Below the pieces are notes generated by a model. That model was given only the letters and a program-made list of their open reading frames with translations. It had not been told where the DNA came from and made no database searches. 64,000 bases of DNA from Acidimicrobiia bacterium (GTDB lineage Bacteria > Actinomycetota > Acidimicrobiia > Spongiisociales > ZC4RG35): NCBI GenBank assembly GCA_965203555.1, contig CBDBCY010000004.1, positions 777,434-841,433 of the forward strand, written 5' to 3'. The first letter of the stretch is position 1. Every line of letters begins with the position of its first letter. Shown in pieces: positions 63,674 to 64,000 of this stretch. The position numbers and the translations under genes are program-made.

Positions 63674-64000
63674 CTATGGATCCGTGATCTCCAATCCCCA
63701 GCTAATCCACCCATCGGCGTTCGTGCGGGCGAACAACTCGATCTTGCTCTGCGAAGGAAACATTTCTTCGATCCTGCTCCGGACTTCCTCGGGCTTCTGC
63801 GAGTGCGGGCCTCGTGCGCTGCGAACCATCTGACGAACATTTCTCGCCCCCCGAGGCGTCGGGATTCGACCCTTCTTGAAAACCAGGCAGAGTTCACATT
63901 GGCTGAGGGTGTAGAAACCCGGGTTCACTCTTACCTTGTCCCATACGAAGGCAACCGTCGCCCACTTGAACCCCCAGGACTTTCCCAGTTCCACAGCCTG
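63674..64000 (-). CDS. MT-A70 family N6-adenine methyltransferase, C-terminal part (5' end beyond the window)
   Basis: ...WGFKWATVAFVWDK...CELCLVFKKGR...GPHSQKPEEVRSRIEEMFP...KIELFARTNADGWISWGLE matches the MT-A70 C-terminal layout (HS-x-KP, ELFAR, GW-x-WGNE). The catalytic DPPW would lie outside the window. Confidence 0.8.
   Translation of the reverse strand, partial: QAVELGKSWGFKWATVAFVWDKVRVNPGFYTLSQCELCLVFKKGRIPTPRGARNVRQMVRSARGPHSQKPEEVRSRIEEMFPSQSKIELFARTNADGWISWGLEITDP

Noticed and set aside
1-64000. CRISPR arrays, rRNA genes, intact insertion sequences, prophage genes
   Set aside because: I saw no regularly spaced repeat-spacer pattern, no rRNA-like conserved stretches, no full transposase with inverted repeats, and no integrase, capsid or terminase-like translations in the ORF track.

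Overview
High-GC bacterial chromosome segment that is almost fully coding. It consists mostly of long co-directional housekeeping operons. Many adjacent genes overlap by 4 nt at stop/start (GTGA or ATGA), for example queA/tgt, ruvC/ruvA, pgsA/acyltransferase, secD/secF, PHP/cinA and leuC/leuD.

The gene order is thrS - CDP-alcohol phosphatidyltransferase - acyltransferase - GT4 mannosyltransferase - pdxS - pdxT - yebC - ruvCAB - queA - tgt - yajC - secDF - rel - hisS - aspS. From memory, this resembles the conserved block known from Mycobacterium and other Actinomycetota. Three further features fit an actinobacterial lineage: a Gly-Cys-Val tRNA cluster, TCGAAC-N4-GTTCGA LexA boxes, and a LysM gene divergent from lexA. 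RNase Y is present and recX is absent next to recA, so the lineage is probably not a Mycobacterium or Streptomyces type. This is inference; I ran no search.

Several accessory or odd loci interrupt the core:
- A roughly 3-kb cassette lies between pdxS and the mannosyltransferase gene. It carries an IS1595 transposase relic, a fused nucleotidyltransferase-HEPN protein, a membrane-anchored HEAT/LRV-repeat protein and two tandem nucleotidyltransferase-like paralogues.
- A DUF222/HNH endonuclease gene sits in a 1.79-kb insert bracketed by 47-nt direct repeats that duplicate the 3' end of pgpA.
- A single 963-codon ORF fuses a double-GNAT (MshD-like) module in frame to threonyl-tRNA synthetase.
- Two solitary PD-(D/E)XK nuclease-fold genes are present.
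- An FAD oxidase is paired with a 484-aa protein that has no family I recognise.
- An archaeal-type (type II) GAPDH homologue is present.
- A PPK2 gene sits next to an MT-A70 methyltransferase that is cut by the right window edge.

I saw no rRNA, CRISPR array or intact IS. All calls rest on reading the supplied translations and the nucleotide text. Start codons are often uncertain, and no database search or statistic was run.
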